This document shows, piece by piece, positions 18,861 to 27,739 of a DNA stretch of 64,000 bases (positions within the stretch are counted from its first letter, which is position 1; each line of letters opens with the position of its first letter). This DNA is from a virus: the IMG/VR virus record IMGVR_UViG_3300027987_000212, positions 96,001-160,000 of that record. One strand, written 5' to 3'. Position numbers and translations under genes: made by a program. The notes beneath the pieces are model-generated. The model made no database searches, was not told the origin of the DNA, and saw nothing but the letters and a program-made list of their open reading frames with translations.

Positions 18861-19314
18861 GAGCCGTCACCTCCGCGTAGTACTCCCTAGGCATGGCCAA
18901 GCGGTAGACCACAGCACCCTCTGGGCAGCTGCCCAACCAAAGACGTCGTCCGTCATCGAACAACAAAGAGTGCAAGACGCACCTGTTGGCGCCAGGCACT
19001 TGTGTAGCGTCTACCTTGACCACACGTTGCTTCTCGAACAGCTGCATAACAGCAGTAACCCCGCAGTCACGCTCTTGCGGTAATCCCAGACCCATGAAGG
19101 CGCTGAAGGCTTCATTGGCGGACAAGTTCACCACGGTCATGGGCGCCGCCTTGTCCAGCACAGCTGCGTACACCATCTTTTCCCCGCAGTTCTCCGCAGG
19201 ACAAGGGTACCTATCCGGATAGAAGTCAGACGCGGTACCAACGAGGCACTGTGACTCCAGCTCTTCTCCAATGACTTGCAGGCACAGCCCGCAGGTGCAC
19301 ACGAAGTAAATCAT
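18853..19314 (-). CDS. Cys-rich putative Zn-binding protein
   Basis: CTCGLC...CPAENC. Confidence 0.7.
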   Translation of the reverse strand: MIYFVCTCGLCLQVIGEELESQCLVGTASDFYPDRYPCPAENCGEKMVYAAVLDKAAPMTVVNLSANEAFSAFMGLGLPQERDCGVTAVMQLFEKQRVVKVDATQVPGANRCVLHSLLFDDGRRLWLGSCPEGAVVYRLAMPREYYAEVTARG

Positions 19315-19880
19315 GCTTGCCCCACACCATCCTCATCTACCCCTGAGGCAGCCGCAGAGACCAACCGAGGCATGGTTGGCGGAGCCGGAGGGACCCGAGC
19401 TGGCCGCACCTCCACCGGCTCCATGTAGCGTGCTTCGCGGGGCGGGGGCGCCAGTTCTTGCTGCCATACAAACTCCTCGAGGGAGACATCTCCCCCAAAG
19501 GTGCGTTCCGAGGGTGCTTCTTGTTGCTGCAGCCGCGCCAACAACATGTCCCACTCCTCCGGAGAAAGTGCGGGCGCCACCCCTAATCCATGCAGGACAT
19601 CCTTCAACTCTTGTGGCACATCGGGGTCTTGTGCCCATTGGACCAACTCCACATCCCTTTGCGCAGCTAAAGGAGCGAAGATAGGCATGTCTTCACTGCC
19701 CCGAGGTACCAACTCCTCCGTAGGTAACGCGCTCTCGTGTACCACTTGCTGCACAACATCGTCCGAGGCAGACACCACTACTGTCTTACCTGATGGTAGG
19801 CGCAAGACTAGGGAGTTGTTCACGGTCCCGGCGCTCTCTAGCTGAAGCGTTTGAATCACACTGATGAGCTCTACATTCAT
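19311..19880 (-). CDS. Hypothetical acidic protein
   Basis: ATGA overlaps at both ends. Confidence 0.7.
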   Translation of the reverse strand: MNVELISVIQTLQLESAGTVNNSLVLRLPSGKTVVVSASDDVVQQVVHESALPTEELVPRGSEDMPIFAPLAAQRDVELVQWAQDPDVPQELKDVLHGLGVAPALSPEEWDMLLARLQQQEAPSERTFGGDVSLEEFVWQQELAPPPREARYMEPVEVRPARVPPAPPTMPRLVSAAASGVDEDGVGQA

Positions 19881-20089
19881 CTGACACCTACAGAGGGTAT
19901 GGGTGGTACCGAAGGCTTTACCTTGGTTTGGTCCGCTAATACGCGTGCGCTATCCGCGAGTCTCTTCAAGTTAACTAGTAGCATACACGCCGCATCGTCA
20001 CCTGCAGAACTCGCCGTCGGCAGGAATGCGACGCAGTCCTCCGTGCAAGGCCTATCCATGTGCAGGAAGCAGCGCTTAGTTCCGGGCAC
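19877..20089 (-). CDS. Small Cys-rich protein
   Basis: KRCFLHMDRPCTEDCVAF...CMLL. Confidence 0.6.
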   Translation of the reverse strand: MPGTKRCFLHMDRPCTEDCVAFLPTASSAGDDAACMLLVNLKRLADSARVLADQTKVKPSVPPIPSVGVR

Positions 20090-20474
20090 GCACCTGCTCC
20101 TCTTCTAGCGCTCGACGCTCTTCCACCAATGCCCGAAATACCCCACGCTCCATCGCAGCGAAGTACCTGGCCAACACTTTGGGATTCGGGGGTAGTTGCA
20201 TGAATCCCCACTTCACCAAGAATGCCGCCATTGGTGTAGCAGCCGTTCGCGCCAAAATGCCGCGCAGCTCACGCACTGCAGAGAACAGCACCGACTCGTT
20301 GTCGAAAAACTCGTGCGCAAACGGCGTAGCCATCAACTGTCTACGCTGCCCTCGCCACGAACACGAAGTGCACGCACAAATTGCCGTGTCCAGCGACATC
20401 GTCAACTCGTTCTCCCACGACAACGAGGGACTGCCACACTGCGGACAGAAGTAAGCTACAGCGTCCGTCGTCAT
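20076..20474 (-). CDS. Zn-ribbon protein
   Basis: YFCPQCGS...CACTSCSWRG. Confidence 0.75.
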   Translation of the reverse strand: MTTDAVAYFCPQCGSPSLSWENELTMSLDTAICACTSCSWRGQRRQLMATPFAHEFFDNESVLFSAVRELRGILARTAATPMAAFLVKWGFMQLPPNPKVLARYFAAMERGVFRALVEERRALEEEQVRARN

Positions 20475-20845
20475 TGGCGCTGTCCTCGCGCGTTGTACCG
20501 AGTCGCCTGAACACGACTGGTCAACCTCGATGGCAGCAATGCGCGGACACCGACAGGACCCCTGCGTACCTCCTCCTCGAGCATCCTGTACGCACTGGCA
20601 AACTCAGCCTTTCGCGAACTCTCCAGGTAGGGGAAAGCCAACTTCATGTAGTCCTCAAAGGCCTTCATGCCACCCTCCTCGTCTAACTGCAGCTGCGCTG
20701 CGGCGCGAAAACGAGCGTGTTCGATAATCTCCTCCTGCATGAGCGCAAGTAGCAGCACTGACTCCCGAAGAGACCCTTCTGGGGGTGGCGCTCGAAGGGT
20801 GCGCAGCATCAGCTTGGCGCGCGCCCAACCAACGGGAGTCTTCAA
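20471..20845 (-). CDS. Tail assembly chaperone, T-like downstream frame (expressed as a G-T fusion by -1 frameshift)
   Basis: Lies in the -1 frame to the upstream ORF, lacks its own SD, and directly follows the GGGAAAT slippery heptamer. Confidence 0.6.
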   Translation of the reverse strand: MKTPVGWARAKLMLRTLRAPPPEGSLRESVLLLALMQEEIIEHARFRAAAQLQLDEEGGMKAFEDYMKLAFPYLESSRKAEFASAYRMLEEEVRRGPVGVRALLPSRLTSRVQATRYNARGQRQ

Positions 20846-22062
20846 CCATTTCCCAGGTCATCGGCCTTGAACAGCTCCCGTACCCGAAGCTCGAACCAGT
20901 GACAATTGAGTCCGATACTTGCCAGCATGTGGACCGGTAGCCGGCCAATCTGCGCCGCTTTTGCGAGGAACAGGCTGTCATTGAAAGCGCCATCCTTATC
21001 GAGGAAACCTGGGTAACGCTTATCGTTCACCTGATGCAGGCAAGTTACTAGGGTGTAGAATGCCAGTCGGTCTAGTACGTACCTCTCCGTTGCGTTCAAC
21101 GAAAAAGCTTCCTCCATCGCTAGCCGTTTGATGGATTGCTCAGACACCCCATCATAGGAACGCAAAACAAGCGTAAACCCTTTACGAATAGGCACCACCT
21201 GTTCGATGTACCCACGCTCTAGCATGGCATCGATGGTAAGCGGCTTCAGTCGTCCCTCGATGAGCTTTCGTTGCTCTGGCGTATTCAGGATGTCCGCCTC
21301 CGACGCTCTTCGCCATCGGTCCAGCTGGAAGCCATCTATGTGCATCAGGTTGTCGACCATGTTTTGGTCGACACCTTCGCTCCCGGTCCCCCCTTCTGCG
21401 GGTCTCCCACTCGGGGTTTCCGGTTCTTCAGCATCCGCAGCCCGTACCTTCTGAGAGGCAGACATAGCCGCAAGCCCTTGCAGAGTATCCGGACGTAGCT
21501 GCGTAGTCCGGACTGACTGCAGCTGCTGTGGCGGAACTACCCGCCCGTCGCGTAACACTCCGTACTTCGCGGCCAAGTGGGGCTGTGCCGCCGCAAACTG
21601 CGCCCCACTGCCGCGCTGCGCCGTCGGGTCCCTCAGCGCTTCGGGGGGCAGCAAATCGGTCGGGCGCAGGTCGAGCTGTGGTGGACCCCCCGCCGAAACT
21701 GCCTGGCCTAGTGCTACCGAGCTGGGCTCAACAATGCTGCCCGCACCCTGCCCTCCTACCGGGACCACAACGCCTGGGGGCGGCTGTCGTTGCGCAGCAG
21801 CATGCTGCTCCAAGGTCATCGGCGGTGCTTGGTCATCGAACGCGCTGTCCAACCTAGGAATGCTCGGGCCAGGTCCCCCTGCCACGGGTAGGGTTGCTTT
21901 CCGCGGGCTGGCCGCCTCTCGTCTAGCACGTTGACCATCCAAGTAGGTTTGCGCGGCCGCACGCGCCGCTGGCGGTACTGCTGATGTAACGTGTGGGGCA
22001 ACCGTGGGCGGGTCCGTGTAGTGCACGGGGCGCTCATTCGGCGTAGGGGGTCTTTGTGCCAT
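20842..22062 (-). CDS. Tail assembly chaperone (G-like) with long Pro/Ala-rich N-terminus
   Basis: Ends ...FKADDLGNG with the slippery site. GAGGAG SD. Confidence 0.6.
   Translation of the reverse strand: MAQRPPTPNERPVHYTDPPTVAPHVTSAVPPAARAAAQTYLDGQRARREAASPRKATLPVAGGPGPSIPRLDSAFDDQAPPMTLEQHAAAQRQPPPGVVVPVGGQGAGSIVEPSSVALGQAVSAGGPPQLDLRPTDLLPPEALRDPTAQRGSGAQFAAAQPHLAAKYGVLRDGRVVPPQQLQSVRTTQLRPDTLQGLAAMSASQKVRAADAEEPETPSGRPAEGGTGSEGVDQNMVDNLMHIDGFQLDRWRRASEADILNTPEQRKLIEGRLKPLTIDAMLERGYIEQVVPIRKGFTLVLRSYDGVSEQSIKRLAMEEAFSLNATERYVLDRLAFYTLVTCLHQVNDKRYPGFLDKDGAFNDSLFLAKAAQIGRLPVHMLASIGLNCHWFELRVRELFKADDLGNG
20848..20854 (-). other. -1 programmed ribosomal frameshift heptamer G GGA AAT
   Basis: X XXY YYZ phase relative to the 20842..22062 ORF, two codons before its stop. 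Compare lambda G/T GGGAAAG. Confidence 0.65.
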
Positions 22063-22100
22063 CTAGCTCCTCTGGGTGTACGTTGTGCGTACAAATAGCT

Positions 22101-22130
22101 AAAAGGCCGGCAGCGGTCAAGCTACCGGCC
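22101..22130 (-). terminator. Intrinsic terminator
   Basis: Minus strand GGCCGGTAGC-ttgacc-GCTGCCGGCC-TTTT. Confidence 0.7.
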
Positions 22131-22153
22131 CGTCTGGGCAGAAGAGAGGGCGC

Positions 22154-22585
22154 TCAGCCGACGGCAGCCGACGCCCGGTGCAGCACCAGGAAGAGCTCCG
22201 AGAGGGGCAAGTCATCGACATTTTCGTGCACAATCCCCAGCACGACCTCGTCGTAGCCAGGCTGCGGATGGTACACAGGTCGTTCCTTGCCATACACGAA
22301 GACAAGGGCTCCCAGCAAGGATTGAGGGGATGCCCCCTCCAGACGCAAACGCGCGCCCAGATGCGTCCAATTCAGGCAACGATATCGCCGCTCTGTCCAG
22401 GTGACCCCGCCATCCTGCAAGTCACGCGACCCCGTGAGCCCGCGCAGCCACGCAGTGTTCCCCCCGGGTACATGCACTTCTACGACTACGCCTTCGGTAT
22501 CAGCCAAAAGCCTTTCGGAGGTGCCGGAAGCGGCGCTCCTGGCACCTTGGTTGCCTGCAGTGTCTTTGTCTTGCATCGGCCGCAC
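22154..22585 (-). CDS. Hypothetical protein (true start probably downstream of the 22486 stop)
   Basis: C-terminal two-thirds is protein-like and fills the gap before the terminator. Confidence 0.55.
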   Translation of the reverse strand: MRPMQDKDTAGNQGARSAASGTSERLLADTEGVVVEVHVPGGNTAWLRGLTGSRDLQDGGVTWTERRYRCLNWTHLGARLRLEGASPQSLLGALVFVYGKERPVYHPQPGYDEVVLGIVHENVDDLPLSELFLVLHRASAAVG

Positions 22586-22719
22586 TTGTTGTACTCCGGG
22601 TTGTCCGACTCAAAAAGTAGGTCGCCTACTCGGATTCCGCAGCTGGTGACGAGCTTGAGCTTTCGCACCCAACCGCAGGTACTGCAGGTAAACTCGTAGT
22701 TGAGGAGCGGCGTGTCCAT
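22486..22719 (-). CDS. Zn-ribbon protein
   Basis: FTCSTCG...KCGRCK. Confidence 0.65.
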   Translation of the reverse strand: MDTPLLNYEFTCSTCGWVRKLKLVTSCGIRVGDLLFESDNPEYNKCGRCKTKTLQATKVPGAPLPAPPKGFWLIPKA

Positions 22720-23030
22720 TGTGGACTAGTCTGCGCGAGGCGCACTACTTCCGTCAAGACGTCGTCTACGGCAGGCTCTGCTGGCTGCTCAGTTCGAAAT
22801 TGTAGTTGTCCCGTAAGAAGCCCATGCCGAATCACGTCGGTGAGCACCACACGAAGGTTATCCAAGTCGGCAATTGCTCGCTGCATGAACCGCTCAGCAA
22901 CCGCATAGCAAGTCTCGCAGCAAAAGACCTGCGCAAACAACTTAACCTTGTCCGGTGGTACCGGTGTGCGGCAACACATGCAGTTCAACCCAGTCTCTGC
23001 CACAGTACCTCCTCCGTGTCCTTCACCCAC
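22626..23030 (-). CDS. Zn-finger-containing protein (start uncertain)
   Basis: CMCC...FCCETCY followed by a helical region. Confidence 0.6.
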   Translation of the reverse strand: MGEGHGGGTVAETGLNCMCCRTPVPPDKVKLFAQVFCCETCYAVAERFMQRAIADLDNLRVVLTDVIRHGLLTGQLQFRTEQPAEPAVDDVLTEVVRLAQTSPQWTRRSSTTSLPAVPAVGCESSSSSPAAESE

Positions 23031-23218
23031 ACACGTTCGATGATGTTAAAGAGCACACTGACGAACGAGAAGCTAACGTTAACCAGCGACAAGTTCGGTT
23101 GATGTAGTGGGATTTGCCCACTTGGCGGTATCGTAGACAGCGCTTCCGCCCCCACGCTGGGAAACTCGTAGTAGTCTCCCAACGTGGTGCGGATGCATAC
23201 AGTCTTCAGCTCAGACAC
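22985..23218 (-). CDS. Hypothetical protein
   Basis: Operon packing. Confidence 0.6.
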   Translation of the reverse strand: MSELKTVCIRTTLGDYYEFPSVGAEALSTIPPSGQIPLHQPNLSLVNVSFSFVSVLFNIIERVWVKDTEEVLWQRLG

Positions 23219-23789
23219 CGGTACTCACTGCCCGCAACCGCGAGCTAAGCGGCGAACGTACTGAGGCTACCTGAGTAGCCGTCACCGGCACGTCCTCTGC
23301 CGGCGCCAGCTGACTACGGATACGCTCTATGAGCCCGCCGCTCTGCATCTGAGCCACGGAGGTAGCGATTCTCCCATTCAGTTCTGCTTGCTCCCCGCGC
23401 ACCTCTACAGCCAGGAACGTGTCGAGTACCGCATCCCCCAAACGTGCGCAAGAAGCGCATGCTTCGAGGGTACCCAGACTAGTAGCCGTCGGCACACTCC
23501 GTCGATAAAGCGGGGGCAGCGAGAGTAATGCCTGAACTCCGCGAATGCGGCCAGTACGCTCCAACGACAGTGTCGGTAGCGGCTCTACCGCTGGCCGTAG
23601 CTCGCATACTACGCAAGTTCGTGGCTCATCACCAGCCTTGCTCTGCGCAGCCTCCGCAAGCTTCTCCTCCACTTCCGAGGTCTTCGTAGGCCCACCGAAT
23701 ACCGCCCGTACAATCGTAAGGAGTACGATTGAGCAGACTAGAGCCAGTACGGCATACACCACGGCGTCGGTCATCTGAATGTTGTCCAT
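23211..23789 (-). CDS. Membrane-anchored protein with CxxC pairs
   Basis: N-terminal TM AVVYAVLALVCSIVLLTIV, then CVVC and CASC. Confidence 0.7.
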   Translation of the reverse strand: MDNIQMTDAVVYAVLALVCSIVLLTIVRAVFGGPTKTSEVEEKLAEAAQSKAGDEPRTCVVCELRPAVEPLPTLSLERTGRIRGVQALLSLPPLYRRSVPTATSLGTLEACASCARLGDAVLDTFLAVEVRGEQAELNGRIATSVAQMQSGGLIERIRSQLAPAEDVPVTATQVASVRSPLSSRLRAVSTGV

Positions 23790-23797
23790 AGTCTCTC

Positions 23798-24178
23798 CTA
23801 GGTAACGAAGAACTGGTCAATCGGAGTCCAGCCTAGTACGCCCGCAGGGTCTCTAGTGCAAAGTACCTCCGTGGGTGACGTAGCGTATGCCGCAAGAACC
23901 TTGTCGACATCAGCGCGCGCAACTGGGCGAGTAACCAGCTCAATAGACCTCCGCAATTCTGGAGGCCACTTTGTTGGGAAGAACGTTCCTGCAGGCAATG
24001 GTTGACTCAACTCTTGCCACTGCACGAGTACGAACGACCTCGTAACGTTGTTCTGCTTTTCGATGAGACGTAGCCACTCCTCGAGGGCCCGTACCCGCTC
24101 TTCTCCTTTCTGCGTGGCACCTTCGCGAGCAAAGACTACCAGCGCTTCGTACTGTTCTTGCGTGAGTGTGAATTGCAT
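23798..24178 (-). CDS. Hypothetical protein
   Basis: GAGGT SD, operon packing. Confidence 0.75.
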   Translation of the reverse strand: MQFTLTQEQYEALVVFAREGATQKGEERVRALEEWLRLIEKQNNVTRSFVLVQWQELSQPLPAGTFFPTKWPPELRRSIELVTRPVARADVDKVLAAYATSPTEVLCTRDPAGVLGWTPIDQFFVT

Positions 24179-24181
24179 TGG

Positions 24182-24922
24182 CTACCTCTGAGGAAACAGG
24201 GCCTCCATCATACTACCCGTTCGCTGCTCTAGTGTCGCCAAGTCGGAATCATTCACCAACACGTGGGACAGCATACTGTCGGGTACTTCCAACTGCTCGG
24301 TTTCACTGACGTGCGTAGTCGTGGGTGGGTCGACCCGCGGGTTGCGTACTCGAATGACCTTGCCGCCAACGCGGTAGATGGCTTCCACCTCATTGATGAA
24401 GCGACAGTCGGGTATCACCACTAGAGAATGCTCAGTCCAGTCGTGGGGTTCGTCCAACTTTACTAGACCTGCAGCTTGAACGTAGCCCAGCCACCTTCCC
24501 GCGCTCAATTGCTGAATGACGTCCAGTACCTCGTCCACCCAAATGTCTGGGTAGTGCATCCGACCCCACTCCGTACCCAGCGTACGCAGGGCGTCGCGCG
24601 GCGTAACGAAAGCCTCGGTAAGCAGCGGCTCATACTGCTTGACGAGGACATTGTCCCGAATGGCTGCCTCTAGCGTTAGGCCATACTTTGCCCCAAACAT
24701 CGCGGTAAGCTGGCTGCGCAACTCAGCGTTTCGGCAGTAGCGAAGGTCAGGCCGGTTTCTTTCCGGACTGGGACCCCACAGCTGGTCAAGGCTGAAGCCA
24801 AAAACATCCAGGCAGATGCGTTTTATCTTGTCGGCCAAAGCGACGGTCACTGCCGGCTTGGCGAACACAGCTGTCGTGTCTTTGCCGACACCCGCATTGC
24901 CCATTATTCCTAAAATGTTCAT
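24182..24922 (-). CDS. Deoxynucleoside monophosphate kinase (T4 gp1-like)
   Basis: P-loop GNAGVGKDT, ALADKIK, TPRDALRTLGTEWGR, VVIPDCRFINE and HVSET. Confidence 0.9.
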   Translation of the reverse strand: MNILGIMGNAGVGKDTTAVFAKPAVTVALADKIKRICLDVFGFSLDQLWGPSPERNRPDLRYCRNAELRSQLTAMFGAKYGLTLEAAIRDNVLVKQYEPLLTEAFVTPRDALRTLGTEWGRMHYPDIWVDEVLDVIQQLSAGRWLGYVQAAGLVKLDEPHDWTEHSLVVIPDCRFINEVEAIYRVGGKVIRVRNPRVDPPTTTHVSETEQLEVPDSMLSHVLVNDSDLATLEQRTGSMMEALFPQR

Positions 24923-25209
24923 CAGATACCTCTAGCTTCTAGAATACTTGCCGTAAGTTTACGGCGAAACTGGCAGGGGGGTACCCGCACACGCGTAGCC
25001 TGGGTACCGGTGTAGACAAAGAGGTCGCGAAAAGAGTACGCGTGCGTAAAGGCGCCAACTTCAGGCCTGCTCCATGCAGCCGTGGCTACTATCTGCGCCC
25101 CCTCTACGCGCAAGGTCAATGAGTCCAGACCAGCTTGGCGCACGACAGTTGGAACATGGCGCTGCACCGCTTGAAGATACGCTTGCAAATGCCTGTCTAC
25201 GAGTCCCAT
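24922..25209 (-). CDS. Hypothetical protein
   Basis: GGAGG SD. TGATG junction with the kinase. Confidence 0.6.
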   Translation of the reverse strand: MGLVDRHLQAYLQAVQRHVPTVVRQAGLDSLTLRVEGAQIVATAAWSRPEVGAFTHAYSFRDLFVYTGTQATRVRVPPCQFRRKLTASILEARGI

Positions 25210-25671
25210 ACTACCTCCGTGGACCTCACCTACTTCACCTCAGAACGCTTCATCCATGATGACCTAGTTCGGCAAGTACGGCAGGCCATACCCACGTTGT
25301 ACAGTACTTGGAGACAGCAACGCAGAATCCAACCATTCGCTCTTCTGTGGCCCGGAGAATCCGTACAGACACAAGAAGGCGACTACATCGATGGGACCTG
25401 CCGACTAGAGCTCGACGACGAGAAGCCCGCTACGCATCGGGCACTCATCGAGGAAGGCGCCGAACTGACCAAAGCGTACGCCGTGTTGTACTGCGTACAG
25501 GTACCAGAAGAAGTAGCCCTCCAACTCAGCACCCCTCACGGTGTGCACCGGTGGTCAATTCCAGTGCAGCACCGGGAGGGTCGCTTGATTCTAGGCACCA
25601 CACAAGACTTGGGCGAGCAGGCAGCTCAGCCCTCCGCTGACTCCCCGGCAGCTACTACTGGGGCCGGTTGA
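25189..25671 (+). CDS. Hypothetical protein (start revised to ATG 25189)
   Basis: Protein-like. TACGCT -10-like element 5 nt upstream. Confidence 0.6.
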   Translation: MPVYESHTTSVDLTYFTSERFIHDDLVRQVRQAIPTLYSTWRQQRRIQPFALLWPGESVQTQEGDYIDGTCRLELDDEKPATHRALIEEGAELTKAYAVLYCVQVPEEVALQLSTPHGVHRWSIPVQHREGRLILGTTQDLGEQAAQPSADSPAATTGAG

Positions 25672-26420
25672 GCGGGCAATGGCGGTGGCGGAGCGTGCCC
25701 TCCGACACCGTTGGCGGGAGCCATACTGGCAAATGCCCCTACTGTGGCCGGAGTGGAGTGTACCGTTGTACTGTGCGTAAGCAACGCACCTTCCTGTGGC
25801 TGGTCCCCCGAGGACGACAGCCTGGACGTCAAGTCACTGAGGTTGTGGAGCGCCCCCGTGATGGCCTTGCAGCCCAGCTGCACCCCGAGGGCAATGGCTT
25901 TTGGGTCAGAGCCTAGTACCTCTCGACCCATGTCCAATGCTTTGATGGCGTTGGACGCGTCAGTGACTACCGTACGTAGTAGGTTAATCCTCGAGAGCAT
26001 GTCATTGCTCTCTTGCCCCAGTTCGATGGGCGTACTCGCTGCATCTTCCCCCTCCGAAGATGCCGGCTTCCCCGTAGAGCGCCCTTTGGCGATAGCCGCC
26101 CCACCAGACGAGGCAACCCTGGGACGCTTCTTCCTCCCTTGCTTCTCTATGGGTAGTGGCGCCGCGTCGGCCTTCTTCGAGGCCTTCTTCGAGGCCTTCT
26201 TGCCTACCTTCTTCGAAGCCTTCTTGGCCGCCTTCTTGGGGGCAGAGGGGACCCCCGTATCGAGATTGTTGTCCACGTACTTTCGACAACGGTCCTTGTC
26301 TGCGTCAGACATCTGAGACCGCCCGATGGCACGTTTTGCGTTCGTCGAATTGTCGTACTCGCCCGCTTTGACTCGTTGAATGAATTGGTCTGCAGTAGCC
26401 TTGCTGTGGTCGGACATCAT
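25626..26420 (-). CDS. Protein with histone-H1-like KKAS/KKAA repeats (putative DNA-binding)
   Basis: APKKAAKKASKKVGKKASKKASKKA, encoded by 12-nt tandem units at about 26170-26238. Confidence 0.7.
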   Translation of the reverse strand: MMSDHSKATADQFIQRVKAGEYDNSTNAKRAIGRSQMSDADKDRCRKYVDNNLDTGVPSAPKKAAKKASKKVGKKASKKASKKADAAPLPIEKQGRKKRPRVASSGGAAIAKGRSTGKPASSEGEDAASTPIELGQESNDMLSRINLLRTVVTDASNAIKALDMGREVLGSDPKAIALGVQLGCKAITGALHNLSDLTSRLSSSGDQPQEGALLTHSTTVHSTPATVGAFASMAPANGVGGHAPPPPLPAQPAPVVAAGESAEG

Positions 26421-26516
26421 TTACCTCGTGGGAAACAAGCGCCGAACTTACGGCGTACTGGGAACTAGTTCAACTAGTTTCAGCTCACATCGATTGTCTC
26501 CGACTAGAAGCTGACT

Positions 26517-27245
26517 TTGACCCCACTACCGGAAAAGCGCATAGTACGCACTGGAGGAAGTATGCCCGAGAAGCCAAGTACGCCAGAACCCAGTAGAAAC
26601 GACATCATCAATGCTGCCGGAGACCTCGCTCCCTACGGCGAAACAGGCCGACGATTATTTGCCATGATGCTGATGGAGAAGTACGTGCCCAGTGCCGTGA
26701 AAGACTCCAAGTTCCGTACCATCACCCAGGGCCGCGCCGGTGTTGCCTTCGACCGCCAACGCTTCTTCAGTACCTGTGGTGAGCTGGCCATGTTCTTGCT
26801 TCATGCACTCGGGTACCGCGGGCCTTGCCTAAATCGCACTCTACTGGCCAGCCAGGACGGCGTCTCCCGTACCTACGTCTTCGGAGCCAACATGACCTAC
26901 CTAGTTGGGCGGGCCCAAGAGCAGGGGCACTTCGTACCTGCCACAAGTTCCGGCCGACCACGTCCCGGAGACATCTGCTTCATTCACGATGCAGGTGCCG
27001 CTGCCCGCTCTGAACACGTCTTCGTGTTTCAGCAGGAAGACACCAGCGCCGACAACAAGACGACCTTCTGGCGCTCCTACGATGCCGGACAAATCCAGAA
27101 TCATCCATGGGAACAATGTGCCAAGAGACGTGCACGCGTCTACGACAACGGCTATGTCGACAGCCGCAAGGTAGCTGGTTGGCTAGACATCTCCACGCTA
27201 CCCCTGAGCCAGCCTGCCACCATGTTCATCAATGAGGTTCCGTGA
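26517..27245 (+). CDS. CHAP/NlpC-P60-like papain-fold hydrolase (putative peptidoglycan amidase); likely start ATG 26562
   Basis: STCGELAMFLL (Cys), PRPGDICFI, EHVFVF (His) and SYDAGQ. GGAGG SD before 26562. Confidence 0.55.
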   Translation: MTPLPEKRIVRTGGSMPEKPSTPEPSRNDIINAAGDLAPYGETGRRLFAMMLMEKYVPSAVKDSKFRTITQGRAGVAFDRQRFFSTCGELAMFLLHALGYRGPCLNRTLLASQDGVSRTYVFGANMTYLVGRAQEQGHFVPATSSGRPRPGDICFIHDAGAAARSEHVFVFQQEDTSADNKTTFWRSYDAGQIQNHPWEQCAKRRARVYDNGYVDSRKVAGWLDISTLPLSQPATMFINEVP

Positions 27246-27739
27246 ATACCATCACCAAAACCATGCAGCTACGGTTACCTCCTACACTGTGGAAGTTACT
27301 GGGGCAGCAGCTAGTAACCATAAACTACTACCGACTACTACGCGGCGAGCGTATGATGAGCCTGAACTCGCTGCTAGCCACCATCCTAGCGGGGCACACC
27401 ATCCATCATGCCGAGACCATCAGTAAAGAGTTTACTTCTGTCATCGCTGCAGTCACCGAGCAAGAGCTCCCCTCCTTCTACAGCTTGGAGCAACTTGATG
27501 GGATTGCAGCCGCTACTGCCGAGCAAATTCCCGACGCTGTCAGAATTGGCTACCGAACAGACTCAGGACACGCCCGCGTCAAAGCCAAAAAGGCTCTTCG
27601 ACGTATACTTCGGGGTAAACCCAGCGCCCCTCATGCAAAATCTCCTAGCATGCCCTCAGAAGTACGAAAGAGGTGTGGCGGAGCTACTCCAGAGACTTAC
27701 CAGTGGGTCCGCGAGCAACTCGACGCTATCGGAGACTGA
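27242..27739 (+). CDS. Putative Arc/RHH-like DNA-binding protein
   Basis: N-terminal TMQLRLPPTLWKLL...MSLNSLLATIL. GAGG SD and GTGA overlap. Confidence 0.55.
   Translation: MNTITKTMQLRLPPTLWKLLGQQLVTINYYRLLRGERMMSLNSLLATILAGHTIHHAETISKEFTSVIAAVTEQELPSFYSLEQLDGIAAATAEQIPDAVRIGYRTDSGHARVKAKKALRRILRGKPSAPHAKSPSMPSEVRKRCGGATPETYQWVREQLDAIGD

Noticed and set aside
22077-22093. Inverted repeat TGTACG-N5-CGTACA upstream of the tail chaperone
   Set aside because: Only 6-bp arms, built from the abundant GTAC word, and a single occurrence.
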